A DNA stretch of 32,000 nucleotides from Bdellovibrionales bacterium (GTDB lineage Bacteria > Bdellovibrionota > Bdellovibrionia > Bdellovibrionales > UBA1609), in assembly GCA_963692945.1 (NCBI GenBank), contig OY843585.1, positions 690,001-722,000 on the forward strand, in the 5' to 3' direction. Within the stretch, counting starts at the first letter, position 1. Each line of letters opens with the position of its first letter. Of this stretch, positions 1 through 9,525 are shown one piece after another. The position numbers and the translations under genes were made by a program. Below the pieces are notes generated by a model that had not been told where the DNA came from, made no database searches, and was given only the letters and a program-made list of their open reading frames with translations.

Positions 1-234
1 AATGGATCTATAGCCTAACCTTATACCTCCAACGATGTTTGAGTATTTTTTTCCATCTATGACATAACTTAAAGAACTTCCAATTTTGCCGATTGTTTCT
101 TTGGCATTTATTTTTTCTGGTAAAAGCTTATCACTAATAATAGTGTATCCATAACCTGCATAAGGTTCTATATGTATCTTTGCTAGAGACGGAAGACTTG
201 CTGTCAAAAGAAAAAGAATTAGAAAATATTTCAT
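1..234 (-). CDS. Outer-membrane beta-barrel-like protein, N-terminal part (partial, runs off the window start)
   Basis: Not in the ORF track. The minus strand has an ATG at 234..232 and stays open to position 1 (78 codons): MKYFLILFLLTASLPSLAKIHIEPYAGYGYTII...GGIRLGYRSI. It has a signal peptide ending in an A-x-A-like site, followed by aromatic/Gly-rich alternating strands typical of small OMP beta-barrels. Confidence 0.5.
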   Translation of the reverse strand, partial: MKYFLILFLLTASLPSLAKIHIEPYAGYGYTIISDKLLPEKINAKETIGKIGSSLSYVIDGKKYSNIVGGIRLGYRSI

Positions 235-288
235 TATCTTACTTATACCAGTTAAATATTAGATGGATTCATTGATATAGTCAATAGT

Positions 289-1197
289 TTATGTAGATGT
301 AGATGTAAAGGTGCTTTTACAAGTCTTAGTTTTTCCATTTGTTGACTTTTCATACTTCGTTTCTAGAATCGATTTTCTTTTTGATAAGTTTTCTAATTGT
401 TTTGTTCTGATTGTTTCAGCTATTTTTTTAAAAAAGACTCTTTTTGCAGGTAGATAAAGAGCAGCCATTGCTAATACACTAGAAACTAAGGTATGAATAT
501 CACTTTCTATTCCTATTGTTGATACAGTATATGCACCAATAGCAGATGCAGCCGCTACAGAAGCCCATAATGATTTTTTTGATGTAGGAAATTTTTGATC
601 TACAGTATTGTCAAAATGTTTGTGTCGAATGAATCCTATCTTTTTTTCAAGATCTAGAAGTTGTTTTAAGATCTTATAGTTTTTTACAGATGTAACTTTT
701 TTAATTTTAGATATATTTTCTTTATTTAGATGCGAAATACTTTTTAGATAATATTGCTCTGTTGAGAGTCTCTCCTTTTTATTCTTTAGATCTATTTCTA
801 ATTGAGGTTTGAAATCATGAAAACTTAGACCTAATAAACCTACACCAGAACTAATGGCCAATATGGCTAAATTATCATGGCTAGTTATTAACATCAAAGT
901 GCTTCCTGCAATAGTTATAAGACCGGCTTGTATTCCATAAAGATTTATAGACTTAAAAAAGAAATCTTTAGAGTTGGGCTTTTCTACGTCCTGAAGACTT
1001 ATTGCAACTTTTCTCATGGCTAAATGTAACTTCCTCTTATCCTTTTTATATTGCTCTTCCTCTAAAGCGAAAAGATCTTTTAGAGGGAGTCCTTCTATTT
1101 CTGAATGTACATTTGTATAGGCAAGATAGTGGTAGTAATCTATAGCATAAACAGATGGGGATAAACTTACACAAATAAAGAGAAAGAAAACTCTCAT
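289..1197 (-). CDS. Hypothetical membrane protein with N-terminal signal peptide
   Basis: 302-aa ORF with an ATG start and signal-like N-terminus (MRVFFLFICVSLSPSVYA). It has hydrophobic segments (GIQAGLITIAGSTLMLI, AILAISSGVGLLGL, LWASVAAASAIGAYTVSTIG, LVSSVLAMAALYL). I recognise no family. Confidence 0.55.
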   Translation of the reverse strand: MRVFFLFICVSLSPSVYAIDYYHYLAYTNVHSEIEGLPLKDLFALEEEQYKKDKRKLHLAMRKVAISLQDVEKPNSKDFFFKSINLYGIQAGLITIAGSTLMLITSHDNLAILAISSGVGLLGLSFHDFKPQLEIDLKNKKERLSTEQYYLKSISHLNKENISKIKKVTSVKNYKILKQLLDLEKKIGFIRHKHFDNTVDQKFPTSKKSLWASVAAASAIGAYTVSTIGIESDIHTLVSSVLAMAALYLPAKRVFFKKIAETIRTKQLENLSKRKSILETKYEKSTNGKTKTCKSTFTSTST

Positions 1198-1387
1198 ATC
1201 AAAAGGTTAGAAATTTTAAATAAAAATGTCAATGCTTTATTTGTGTCCTTTTTTTGTGTTTTATATTTCTGTCTCCATGCTATTTAGAAAAAGAAAATTC
1301 CATTTTAAAAAAATTATTAGAGAGGCTACAAATTTTTTTTAAGAAACATATTTTGACTCCTGATTCTTTTTTATTTAGAATGACACA

Positions 1388-3637
1388 ATGTTAACTCCTC
1401 AAGAAATGTCTCAATTTGTAGAAAGAACCTATCTACAAATGCAAGAAAAACTGAATGTATTTCGTTCTAAAAATTCTCGTCCGCTGACTTTGTCAGAAAA
1501 AGTGCTTTTTTCTCATCTTTCAAAGCCAGATCAATTTAAGGGCGATGAAAATTTTTTATCTTTAGCTCCTGACCGTGTCATTATGCAAGATGCGACGGCT
1601 CAAATGGCTATGCTGCAATTTATGTTAACAGGTAAAAATTCTGTTGCTGTTCCTGCAACCATTCACTGCGATCATTTAATTGTGGCTAAAGAAGGGATTC
1701 AAAAAGATATGAAATCAGCTCTTGTGTCTAATCGGGAAGTGTTTGATTTTTTATCTTCCGTAGCCAGTCGTTACAATATTGGATTTTGGAAACCCGGTTC
1801 AGGAATCATTCATCAAGTTGTTTTAGAAAACTATGCTTTTCCAGGAGGACTCATTATTGGAACTGATTCTCATACTCCCAATGCAGGTGGATTAGGAGTC
1901 TTAGCCATTGGTGTTGGTGGAGCGGATGCTACGGATGTTATGGCTGGATTTCCTTGGGAAGTGAAAAGACCAAAAATCACAGGTGTTCATCTCACAGGAA
2001 CTCTTTCTGGTTGGACATCTCCTAAAGATATTATTTTAAAACTTCTTGGTATTTTAACAGTGAAGGGTGGAACAAATAAAATCATTGAATATTTTGGAGA
2101 AGGTTGTAAAAACATAAGTTGCACAGGGAAAGCAACTATAACCAATATGGGTGCTGAGTTAGGAGCAACCTGTTCGGTTTTTCCTTACGATCAAAAAATG
2201 AAAGATTATCTTGTAGCCACTTATAGAAAAAAGGTTGTTGAATGGGCAGATAAGAATAGAGATATTCTAACTTCTGATGAAGAGGTTTTGAAAAACCCTT
2301 CTTCTTATTATGACGAAGTGATTGAAATCAATCTTTCAGAATTAGAACCTCATGTCTCTGGTCCTCATTCTCCTGATTTAGTTCGTCCTCTAAAAGATTT
2401 TAAAAAAGAAATAAAAGAAAAAAAATGGTCACCCATTTTATCTGCAGCATTGATTGGTTCTTGCACCAACTCTTCTTATGAAGATATTGGTCGTGCTTCT
2501 CATGTAGCACAACAAGCAGCTGATGTAGGTTTTAAAATGCCTCAACCTTTTTTGGTCACACCTGGTTCAGAGTTGGTTAAAAAAACCATTGAACGAGACA
2601 ATTATATGGAGATCTTTAATAAAGTGGGTGCTGTTGTTTTAGCCAATGCTTGTGGTCCCTGTATTGGTCAATGGCAAAGGCCTGTAAAAAAAGGAGAAAC
2701 CAATACAATCATCAATAGTTTTAATCGTAACTTTAGAGGGAGAAACGATGCCAACCCTAACACTCTTTCTTTCATTGCGAGTCCTGAAATTGTTATGGCT
2801 ATGGGTTTGTCTGGACGGTTAGATTTTAATCCTGAAACGGATGAATTAGAAAGAGATGGAAAAAAAATTAAATTTAAAAGTCCTGTTGCTAAAGAACTTC
2901 CTGACAAACCTTTTGTTGTTGATCTAGAGGGTTATGTAAAACCTCAAGGTTCAAAAGTAGATGTTCAAATTAAAGATAACTCTGAAAGATTAGAAGTATT
3001 AAAACCCTTTTCTCCTTGGGATGGAAAGGATTTTGGAGACCTTGTTGTTCTTTGCAAAGCAAGAGGGAAATGCACTACGGATCATATTTCTCCGGCTGGT
3101 TTTTGGTTAAAATATCGCGGTCATTTAAATAAAATTTCAGATAATCTTTTGATAGGAGCAACTAATGATTACACGGAAGAGACAGGAAGAGGGTTGAATG
3201 TATTAACAAATGAAAGGAATGGTTTTGCTACTATTGCTAGGGATTACAAGTCAAAAAAACAAGGTTGGATTATTGTTGGTGAAGAAAACTATGGAGAAGG
3301 AAGCAGTCGTGAACATGCTGCTATGACTCCTCGTTATCTTGGTGCTAAGGCTGTTATTGTAAAAAGTTTTGCTCGCATTCATGAAACAAATTTAAAGAAA
3401 CAAGGAGTTTTACCTCTCACTTTTATTGATAAATCAGATTACAATAAAATCAAACAGGAGGATCGTCTTTTTATAAAAAATCTTTCTCAATTAAAACTTT
3501 CAAGCATGCATTCTGTTGTTATTAAACATAAGGACGGAGGAGAAGAGCAAATCTCAGTGACCCATTCTCTCAACGAAGAACAAATCAAATGGTTTAAAGC
3601 GGGTTCATCTTTAAATACTTTGAGGAATAAGAAATAG
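1388..3637 (+). CDS. acnA: Aconitate hydratase, about 750 aa, mitochondrial-like type
   Basis: 749-aa ORF with an ATG start. It carries aconitase signatures: IHCDHL, GTDSHTPNAGGLG, Fe-S ligand motifs GSCTNSSYEDI and NACGPCIGQW, and the swivel-domain motif NYGEGSSREHAA. Confidence 0.95.
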   Translation: MLTPQEMSQFVERTYLQMQEKLNVFRSKNSRPLTLSEKVLFSHLSKPDQFKGDENFLSLAPDRVIMQDATAQMAMLQFMLTGKNSVAVPATIHCDHLIVAKEGIQKDMKSALVSNREVFDFLSSVASRYNIGFWKPGSGIIHQVVLENYAFPGGLIIGTDSHTPNAGGLGVLAIGVGGADATDVMAGFPWEVKRPKITGVHLTGTLSGWTSPKDIILKLLGILTVKGGTNKIIEYFGEGCKNISCTGKATITNMGAELGATCSVFPYDQKMKDYLVATYRKKVVEWADKNRDILTSDEEVLKNPSSYYDEVIEINLSELEPHVSGPHSPDLVRPLKDFKKEIKEKKWSPILSAALIGSCTNSSYEDIGRASHVAQQAADVGFKMPQPFLVTPGSELVKKTIERDNYMEIFNKVGAVVLANACGPCIGQWQRPVKKGETNTIINSFNRNFRGRNDANPNTLSFIASPEIVMAMGLSGRLDFNPETDELERDGKKIKFKSPVAKELPDKPFVVDLEGYVKPQGSKVDVQIKDNSERLEVLKPFSPWDGKDFGDLVVLCKARGKCTTDHISPAGFWLKYRGHLNKISDNLLIGATNDYTEETGRGLNVLTNERNGFATIARDYKSKKQGWIIVGEENYGEGSSREHAAMTPRYLGAKAVIVKSFARIHETNLKKQGVLPLTFIDKSDYNKIKQEDRLFIKNLSQLKLSSMHSVVIKHKDGGEEQISVTHSLNEEQIKWFKAGSSLNTLRNKK

Positions 3638-3829
3638 TAGAAAAGAATCAAAAATTCCAAAATATAAAGACAAAAGCGGGTTCATCTTTAAATACTTTGA
3701 GGAATAAGAAATAGTAGAAAAGAATCAAAAATTCCAAAATATAAAGACAAAAGCGGGTTCATCTTTAAATACTTTGAGGAATAAGAAATAGTAGAAAAGA
3801 ATCAAAAATTCCAAAATATAAAGACAAAA
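3599..3829. repeat. Three perfect tandem copies of a 77-bp unit; copy 1 contains the last 12 codons and the TAG stop of acn
   Basis: The unit gcgggttcatctttaaatactttgaggaataagaaatagtagaaaagaatcaaaaattccaaaatataaagacaaaa starts at 3599, 3676 and 3753. I see no mismatches. Confidence 0.95.
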
Positions 3830-3931
3830 CCAGACTAAGGGCTGTGAATAGAATCTTATCTTTTTTATATAAAGGTATTTTTTATTGAATATAGAATTTC
3901 ATTTGTTTAAAATAATAAAGAAATCTAAGTT

Positions 3932-5182
3932 ATGCGTTTTTTATTTCTATTTTTAATGTCTTTCTTTTTGTTTGCTTGTCCTAATGTTGATCAAACACCT
4001 CAACCGTCTCAAATTTTAGTGAATCAACCACCACCTCCTACTACTCAGCCAGATGACGGTACTCTTATAGATAAATATGGAAATCCTTATACTGTTGAGG
4101 AACACACTGAAACAAGCCCTAGAGACAGAGGAAGAAGGTCTTGTAGAAACAATGTAGATAATAGGTCAGATCTTAGGGTGGACAGATTGGAATATATTGA
4201 TGCTCATAATTTTAGTGCTTATGAACTTAAAGGTCGTTGTGTCTCTGGTGAAAGAGTCAATATCACTATCAATGATTATCCTATTGATCAGATTATTTAT
4301 TGTAAAAGTAGAAAATGGGAACTCACCGTAGATCTTACACCTTTAACTCAAGAAGAATCTATTTTTTTTAAAATTTCTAGTTTAGATGAATCCTATTGTG
4401 AAGATGTAAAAGTTACTTTTACAGGTCCTAAAAGTTATGTTGCTATTCCTGCTTTAGATGATTTTTATGAAACTGGATTTTTAGTGATGAAATACGAGGC
4501 TAAATTGCATAAGGCTGGTATCAATTCCAGAGCTGTTTCTGAAGCAAAAGGACGACCTCTTTCTTCTATATCTTATAATGATGCTAAACAACTTTGTGAA
4601 AATAATGGGAGTCGTTACAGTTTAATATCAAATAAGCAATGGCAAAATATTGCTCGTGATATAGAGTCTGTTGATGAAAATTGGTCTTTAGGAAAAGCTA
4701 GAGTTATAGAGGGCAATATTTTAAATTGTGGTATTTTTAGAGGAGCGACTAAAGAGGCTTCTAGATCTGATAAAGATGATTGTGGAGCTTCTTCTTGTAA
4801 TAAAGGTTGGGATTACAATAGGAGAACTCATTTGTTATCAAGTGGTGGGCGTATTTGGGATATATGTGGAAATGTTGGAGAGGTTATGAAAGATTCCTAT
4901 AGAGAAGGTCTTTCTTTTAATAAATATGCTTATCGTCTTACAGGCAAATTAAAAGATTTATTTGGTCCTAAAAAGAACTATGAAATTCTTGAAGTGGAAA
5001 GAAGAGACAGTTATTTTTTTGGTTTAGGTTCAACATCTATTGACCGATCATCAAATATTATTATTCGTGGATCTCCAGGTAGATTTGCAGGAGTTTTTTC
5101 TACAGAAGTAGAATCAAGTAGAGAAGGTCGCCGATCTGCATCAGGATATAATGTTGGTTTCCGTTGCGTTTATCTTCCTTAG
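3932..5182 (+). CDS. Lipoprotein with C-terminal FGE-sulfatase (SUMF1/C-type-lectin-like) domain
   Basis: Lipobox in MRFLFLFLMSFFLFAC. The C-terminal half has FGE-sulfatase-family landmarks: FLVMKYEA, ISYNDAKQLCENNG..YSLISNKQWQNIAR, GNVGEVMKD, IIRGSPG and the terminal NVGFRCVY. Confidence 0.75.
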   Translation: MRFLFLFLMSFFLFACPNVDQTPQPSQILVNQPPPPTTQPDDGTLIDKYGNPYTVEEHTETSPRDRGRRSCRNNVDNRSDLRVDRLEYIDAHNFSAYELKGRCVSGERVNITINDYPIDQIIYCKSRKWELTVDLTPLTQEESIFFKISSLDESYCEDVKVTFTGPKSYVAIPALDDFYETGFLVMKYEAKLHKAGINSRAVSEAKGRPLSSISYNDAKQLCENNGSRYSLISNKQWQNIARDIESVDENWSLGKARVIEGNILNCGIFRGATKEASRSDKDDCGASSCNKGWDYNRRTHLLSSGGRIWDICGNVGEVMKDSYREGLSFNKYAYRLTGKLKDLFGPKKNYEILEVERRDSYFFGLGSTSIDRSSNIIIRGSPGRFAGVFSTEVESSREGRRSASGYNVGFRCVYLP

Positions 5183-5201
5183 TTTTTTAAAAGAAACACA
5201 T

Positions 5202-6992
5202 TCAATCTTTTTTTCTTGAAATAGAAATCCCTAAATCCAAAAGATTTTCTAGATGAACTTCAGAAGGTGCAGCAGACATAAGACAAGCACCACTGGCTGA
5301 TTTAGGAAAAGCCATAGTGCTCCTAATGTTTTCGGAGTTGGTTAGAAGCATTACTAATCGTTCAATGCCCCAAGCAATGCCTCCATGAGGAGGAGTTCCA
5401 TATTGGAGAGCTTCCAAAAAAAATCCAAATTGTTCGTCTATCTCTTTATCACTTAAACCCAGTAAGGAAAATATTTTTTTCTGTAAAGAAGAGTCATGAA
5501 TACGAATACTTCCTCCTCCTAGTTCGTGACCATTACAGACAATGTCATAAGAGCAAGCTTTTACTTGAGCAAGGTCTTTAGGATCCACTGTATCTATAGT
5601 TTTTAAATCATTCTCTTGTGGTTTTGTAAAAGGGTGATGGAGAGGAGTCCATTTTTTTTTCTTTGAATCATATTCAAAGAAAGGAAAATCAGTGATCCAA
5701 ACAAAACGAGTTTTTTGAGTATCAATTAAATTTTGTTCTTTGCCTATAATGTTAATAAGTTGAGACAAAACAGTATTTACTATGGAAGATTCTCCTGAGC
5801 AAATCAAACAAAGTCCGTTTTTAGATCTTCCACTGGCTTCATAAAGAGAGTTCAACTGATCTTCCGTTGTCCATTTTTTAGCAGGAGATTTAAGCCCTTC
5901 TTTAGATTTTTGTATCCAAAGTAAACCCCCTCCTCCTAAAGATTTTGTTAAGTCATTGAGTTGATCTAAGCGACTTCTTGAAAGTTGGAGATTTTTTACA
6001 AAAAGAGATTTGGTTTGGTGATTTTCTTTTAAAGAGGTTTGTAAAATTTTTAAGCCAGATTGTTTTATGGTTTCTTCTTTTAAAATTTTTAATTCCAAAG
6101 GATTTCTTAAATCTGGTTTATCTGTTCCAAAACGATCTAAAGCCGTTTGATAACTTAAACTTGGAAAATCTGTGATCGTTTCATTTTTTATTTTTTTCCA
6201 TAGAACTTTTAGGAGATTTTCTGTGATATCTTTTATATCTTTTTCCTCTACAAAACTCATTTCTAAATCAAGTTGTGAAAATTCAGGCTGACGATTTGAT
6301 CTTAGATCTTCATCGCGAAAACATTTAGCGATTTGGAAGTATTTCCCAAAGCCAGAAATCATTAAGAGTTGTTTTAAAGTTTGAGGGCTTTGAGGGAGAG
6401 CGTAAAAAGAACCTTTTTGATTTCTAGATGGAACTAAAAAATCTCTTGCTCCTTCGGGGGTGCTTTTGTAGAGGATAGGAGTTTCTATCTCATAAAATTC
6501 TAAGTTAGATAACTCTTCTCTAATAATTTGAGTGATGCGATGACGAATTTTTAAATTGTTTTTGAGATCTGATCTTCTTCTAAAATCTAGATAACGGTAT
6601 TTGAGAGCTAAATTTTCATTGATAGAATCTCCTTCACGAAAAGGAGGTGCTTTGCAAGAGGAAAGTAGGAGTAAATCTTCAACAGGAATTTCAATCATTC
6701 CTGTTGGTATTTTCTTATTTTGCATTTCTTTTGGACGTTTTTTAACAAGACCTTTGATGGAGATAACAGCATCATAATGTAAATCTTTTACATTAAAAGA
6801 GTGATCTTGATTTGTATCTAAAACAATTTGTACAAGGCCTGATTCATCAGCCATATCAATAAATAAGAGATGGCCGTGATCTCTGATTTTTTTGATCCAG
6901 CCATTAAGAATAACTTCTTTATTTTCGTAAGTTGCATTGAGATCGCCACAATGGTGGTTGCGTTTCCAGTTTTTTTTGAGGTTTAATTTCAT
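5202..6992 (-). CDS. aspS: Aspartate--tRNA ligase
   Basis: Class II AspRS features: N-terminal HHCGDL...VILNGWIKKIRDHGHLLFIDMADESG (OB fold), FRDEDLRSNRQPEF (motif 2 region), GGGSIRIH and GTPPHGGIAWGIERLVM (motif 3). The track ORF starts at a TTG (7028). The ATG at 6992 (MKLNLKKNW..) fits the usual AspRS N-terminus better. Confidence 0.92.
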   Translation of the reverse strand: MKLNLKKNWKRNHHCGDLNATYENKEVILNGWIKKIRDHGHLLFIDMADESGLVQIVLDTNQDHSFNVKDLHYDAVISIKGLVKKRPKEMQNKKIPTGMIEIPVEDLLLLSSCKAPPFREGDSINENLALKYRYLDFRRRSDLKNNLKIRHRITQIIREELSNLEFYEIETPILYKSTPEGARDFLVPSRNQKGSFYALPQSPQTLKQLLMISGFGKYFQIAKCFRDEDLRSNRQPEFSQLDLEMSFVEEKDIKDITENLLKVLWKKIKNETITDFPSLSYQTALDRFGTDKPDLRNPLELKILKEETIKQSGLKILQTSLKENHQTKSLFVKNLQLSRSRLDQLNDLTKSLGGGGLLWIQKSKEGLKSPAKKWTTEDQLNSLYEASGRSKNGLCLICSGESSIVNTVLSQLINIIGKEQNLIDTQKTRFVWITDFPFFEYDSKKKKWTPLHHPFTKPQENDLKTIDTVDPKDLAQVKACSYDIVCNGHELGGGSIRIHDSSLQKKIFSLLGLSDKEIDEQFGFFLEALQYGTPPHGGIAWGIERLVMLLTNSENIRSTMAFPKSASGACLMSAAPSEVHLENLLDLGISISRKKD

Positions 6993-7086
6993 TTTATAGG
7001 AAATATCATAAGAAAGAGAGGTAATCAAGGGTTCCTTATATTATAAAAATATAGAAAGTGATATTTTTTTTTGTTATAAAAGATCT

Positions 7087-8022
7087 GTGGAGTCTTCTAA
7101 AAAATCAAAAATTCAAAAGAGTCGTAGGCTTGTTGTAAAAAAGAAGAAGCCTATTGTGTCACCAGAAGTTGTATCTTCTACTCCTATAGGAGGAGGGAGC
7201 ACTCTCCATAATTATTTACATCAGATTTCAAAGACATCTATCTTGACTAGAGAAGAGGAGTATAAATTAACAGTTCGTTATTATGAAACAAAAGATATAG
7301 AAATTGCTCAAAAGTTGATTCAATCCAATCTAAGATTTGTTGTGAAAATTGCTTTAGAGTACAGTCGGTTTAGTTCTAAAATTATGGATATCATTCAAGA
7401 GGGTAATATTGGATTGATCAAGGCCGTTCAAGAATTTAATCCTTATAAAGGGGCAAGGCTTATAACTTATGCTGTATGGTGGATTAGAGGTTACATTCAA
7501 GAGTATTTGATTAAGCATCACTCTGTTGTTCGTCTGGGAACAAATAAAAAACAGAGGAAATTGTTTTACCGATTGCAAAAAGAAAAACAAGCTCTTGAGC
7601 AATTTGATAGGTTAAAGCTTCTACCTGCTATTGCTGAATCCACTCAATCAACAGAAAAGGAAGTGGAAGAAATGGAGCAATTTATTCTTAAGAAAGATGT
7701 GAGTTTAGATCAGCCTATAAAAAAGGATGTAACAACTACTTTTTTAGATTTGCATCCTGATGATTCCCCTTCTATAGAAGATCAACTTTCTCTTGAAGAG
7801 CAGGGATTGCTTTTAAGAAAACATTTGAAACAGATGGAAAAAGAACTTAATGAAAAGGAAAAAGTAATTATAAAAAATCGGTTATTAAAAGATCCTCCAG
7901 ATACCTTACAAGCCATTGCTAATAAATTTGGAGTGACGAGAGAATCTATCAGACAGGTAGAGGAGCGACTTTTTAGAAAATTAAAAGAAAAATTAATCCC
8001 TATTCTTAAAAAATCTTATTAA
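7087..8022 (+). CDS. rpoH: RNA polymerase sigma-32 (heat-shock sigma factor)
   Basis: Sigma-70 family regions 2-4 are present: NLRFVVKIALEY, DIIQEGNIGLIKAVQEFNP, ITYAVWWIRGYIQEY. It has an RpoH-box-like KKQRKLFYRLQK and a C-terminal HTH (LQAIANKFGVTRESIRQVE). It uses a GTG start and has a lysine-rich N-terminal extension. Confidence 0.85.
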   Translation: MESSKKSKIQKSRRLVVKKKKPIVSPEVVSSTPIGGGSTLHNYLHQISKTSILTREEEYKLTVRYYETKDIEIAQKLIQSNLRFVVKIALEYSRFSSKIMDIIQEGNIGLIKAVQEFNPYKGARLITYAVWWIRGYIQEYLIKHHSVVRLGTNKKQRKLFYRLQKEKQALEQFDRLKLLPAIAESTQSTEKEVEEMEQFILKKDVSLDQPIKKDVTTTFLDLHPDDSPSIEDQLSLEEQGLLLRKHLKQMEKELNEKEKVIIKNRLLKDPPDTLQAIANKFGVTRESIRQVEERLFRKLKEKLIPILKKSY

Positions 8023-8918
8023 GCAGCCTTAAGTTCTTCTTCTTTGACTTGATTGACTAATTTTGTTTTCAGTCTTTCAATGGCTTGAGTACGCAATTGG
8101 GACACTCGGCTTTCTGTTATTTTTAGAATTTGTCCTATTTTTCTGAAATTAAATTCTTCGTAATAGTAAAGAGAAAGCACTATCCTTTGTCTTTCAGGTA
8201 GTTCTTCTATAGCATTTTTGATGATTTTTTGAATGGATTTTCTATTTACAATATTAAAAGAAGAGTTTTTATTTTCTAATATTGTTAAAACAGAAACCTT
8301 ATCTGTTTTACTAAAAAATAGAGATTCATCAATAGAGACCATATTTACTTTGTTCGTTTCCTTTAGAATTTCATGATACTTTTCTATAGTTATATTCATG
8401 GCTTTTGCTATTTCTTTAGATTTAGGGATTCTAGAGTATTTTTGTTCTAATTCTTGTGTGACTTTATTGATTTTTTTAGTTTTATCCCTGATGGAACGAG
8501 GTATCCAGTCCTGAGATCTCAAAGCGTCTAAAATAGCTCCACGAACACGAAATTCAGCATAAGTTTTAAATTTATTATTACGGGTAGAGTCAAATTTCTT
8601 AATAGCATCCATTAAGCCAATGACACCATTAGAAATAAGATCTTCATGGTCAATATGGGCTGGTAATCTTGATGAAATTTTTCTAGCCACACAGCGAATC
8701 ATTGGCATATATTCTACGATGATTTTATTTCTTTGAGAAATAGATATTTTTTTATTTTTACCAAAAGATTCTTCAGGAGTCTTTAGATCTTTTTTATTTT
8801 GAAAAGGGATAATCTTATTATCTGTAGAACATGATATTTTTTTATCCATCTTCTTTAGTTTTGGAGACTTTACCTTTTTTCTTTTATCTTGAAAATTAAT
8901 AATTTTATTTGTTTTCAT
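8019..8918 (-). CDS. fliA: Flagellar sigma-28 factor (FliA/WhiG family)
   Basis: DLISNGVIGLMDAIKKFD...FKTYAEFRVRGAILDALRSQDWIPRSIR is the FliA-type region 2-3. The C-terminal region 4 is LPERQRIVLSLYYYEEFNFRKIGQILKITESRVSQL. The ATG is preceded by AAGGAG. The gene lies directly downstream of the fliL-like gene on the same strand. Confidence 0.85.
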   Translation of the reverse strand: MKTNKIINFQDKRKKVKSPKLKKMDKKISCSTDNKIIPFQNKKDLKTPEESFGKNKKISISQRNKIIVEYMPMIRCVARKISSRLPAHIDHEDLISNGVIGLMDAIKKFDSTRNNKFKTYAEFRVRGAILDALRSQDWIPRSIRDKTKKINKVTQELEQKYSRIPKSKEIAKAMNITIEKYHEILKETNKVNMVSIDESLFFSKTDKVSVLTILENKNSSFNIVNRKSIQKIIKNAIEELPERQRIVLSLYYYEEFNFRKIGQILKITESRVSQLRTQAIERLKTKLVNQVKEEELKAA

Positions 8919-8933
8919 GGGATCTCCTTATGT

Positions 8934-9437
8934 TTAGTTAATTAACTGAGTTTGAATATGAACTTCATTAACGAGGCCTTTTGATAAAAAAGCATTGAGT
9001 TGGGTTTTTATTTTTTCTTCATAAAAATTTCTTTTTTTATGGATATCTTTTGTATTTTGACCAGAAAGAACTAAGAGAAGATGTTTTTCAAAAAATTTAT
9101 TTTCAGATAGTAATTCTTTTTTAACGGATGTTTGGTTTGTTTTGATCTGAACAATCACACGAGTTAAACGAGGTCCTTCTTGACTTTTTAAATTGATAAC
9201 AAGAGGAGGTAGATCTACATTTTTTAATTTTGTAGATGGAATTTTTGAAGACTGGTAAGAAGTAGAGGTTCTGTTTTTAAAAAACAAAATGACTTTTCCT
9301 AAAAAGAAAAAACAGAAGGAAAGGCAAAAAGAAATAATAAAGGTTTTTTTAAACCACGCTTGAGAAAAGACTTCTTTTCTTTTAGTGGGTTGGTAGTGAT
9401 TTTTATTTTTATAAGTAAAATGCATTTTTTTAAACAC
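8934..9437 (-). CDS. fliL: FliL-like flagellar basal-body-associated protein
   Basis: It has a single N-terminal TM helix (FIISFCLSFCFFFLGKVILFF). This is followed by the FliL pattern LPPLVINL...RLTRVIVQI...LLLVLSG....IKTQLNAFL....V.EVHIQTQLI. The track start is a GTG at 9437; an ATG at 9425 is an alternative. Confidence 0.6.
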   Translation of the reverse strand: MFKKMHFTYKNKNHYQPTKRKEVFSQAWFKKTFIISFCLSFCFFFLGKVILFFKNRTSTSYQSSKIPSTKLKNVDLPPLVINLKSQEGPRLTRVIVQIKTNQTSVKKELLSENKFFEKHLLLVLSGQNTKDIHKKRNFYEEKIKTQLNAFLSKGLVNEVHIQTQLIN

Positions 9438-9525
9438 TCATTTGCGACTTGATTGCCTGCTCTATTAATATTCAAGAACCTTGCCATCTAGACTTATGTT
9501 GAGAAAATTATAAAAATCATTGATT

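Noticed and set aside
2668-2907. Short antisense or overlapping ORFs in the track: 2668..2907, 5978..6175, 7354..7602, 9299..9487, 10291..10476, 12646..12831, 12738..12938, 14005..14199, 17772..17969, 21166..21378, 21520..21738, 23021..23209, 28706..28888, 30403..30585, 30713..30901
   Set aside because: All lie inside or overlap well-supported conserved genes on the other strand or frame. Their composition is low-complexity or atypical, and I recognise no motifs in any of them.
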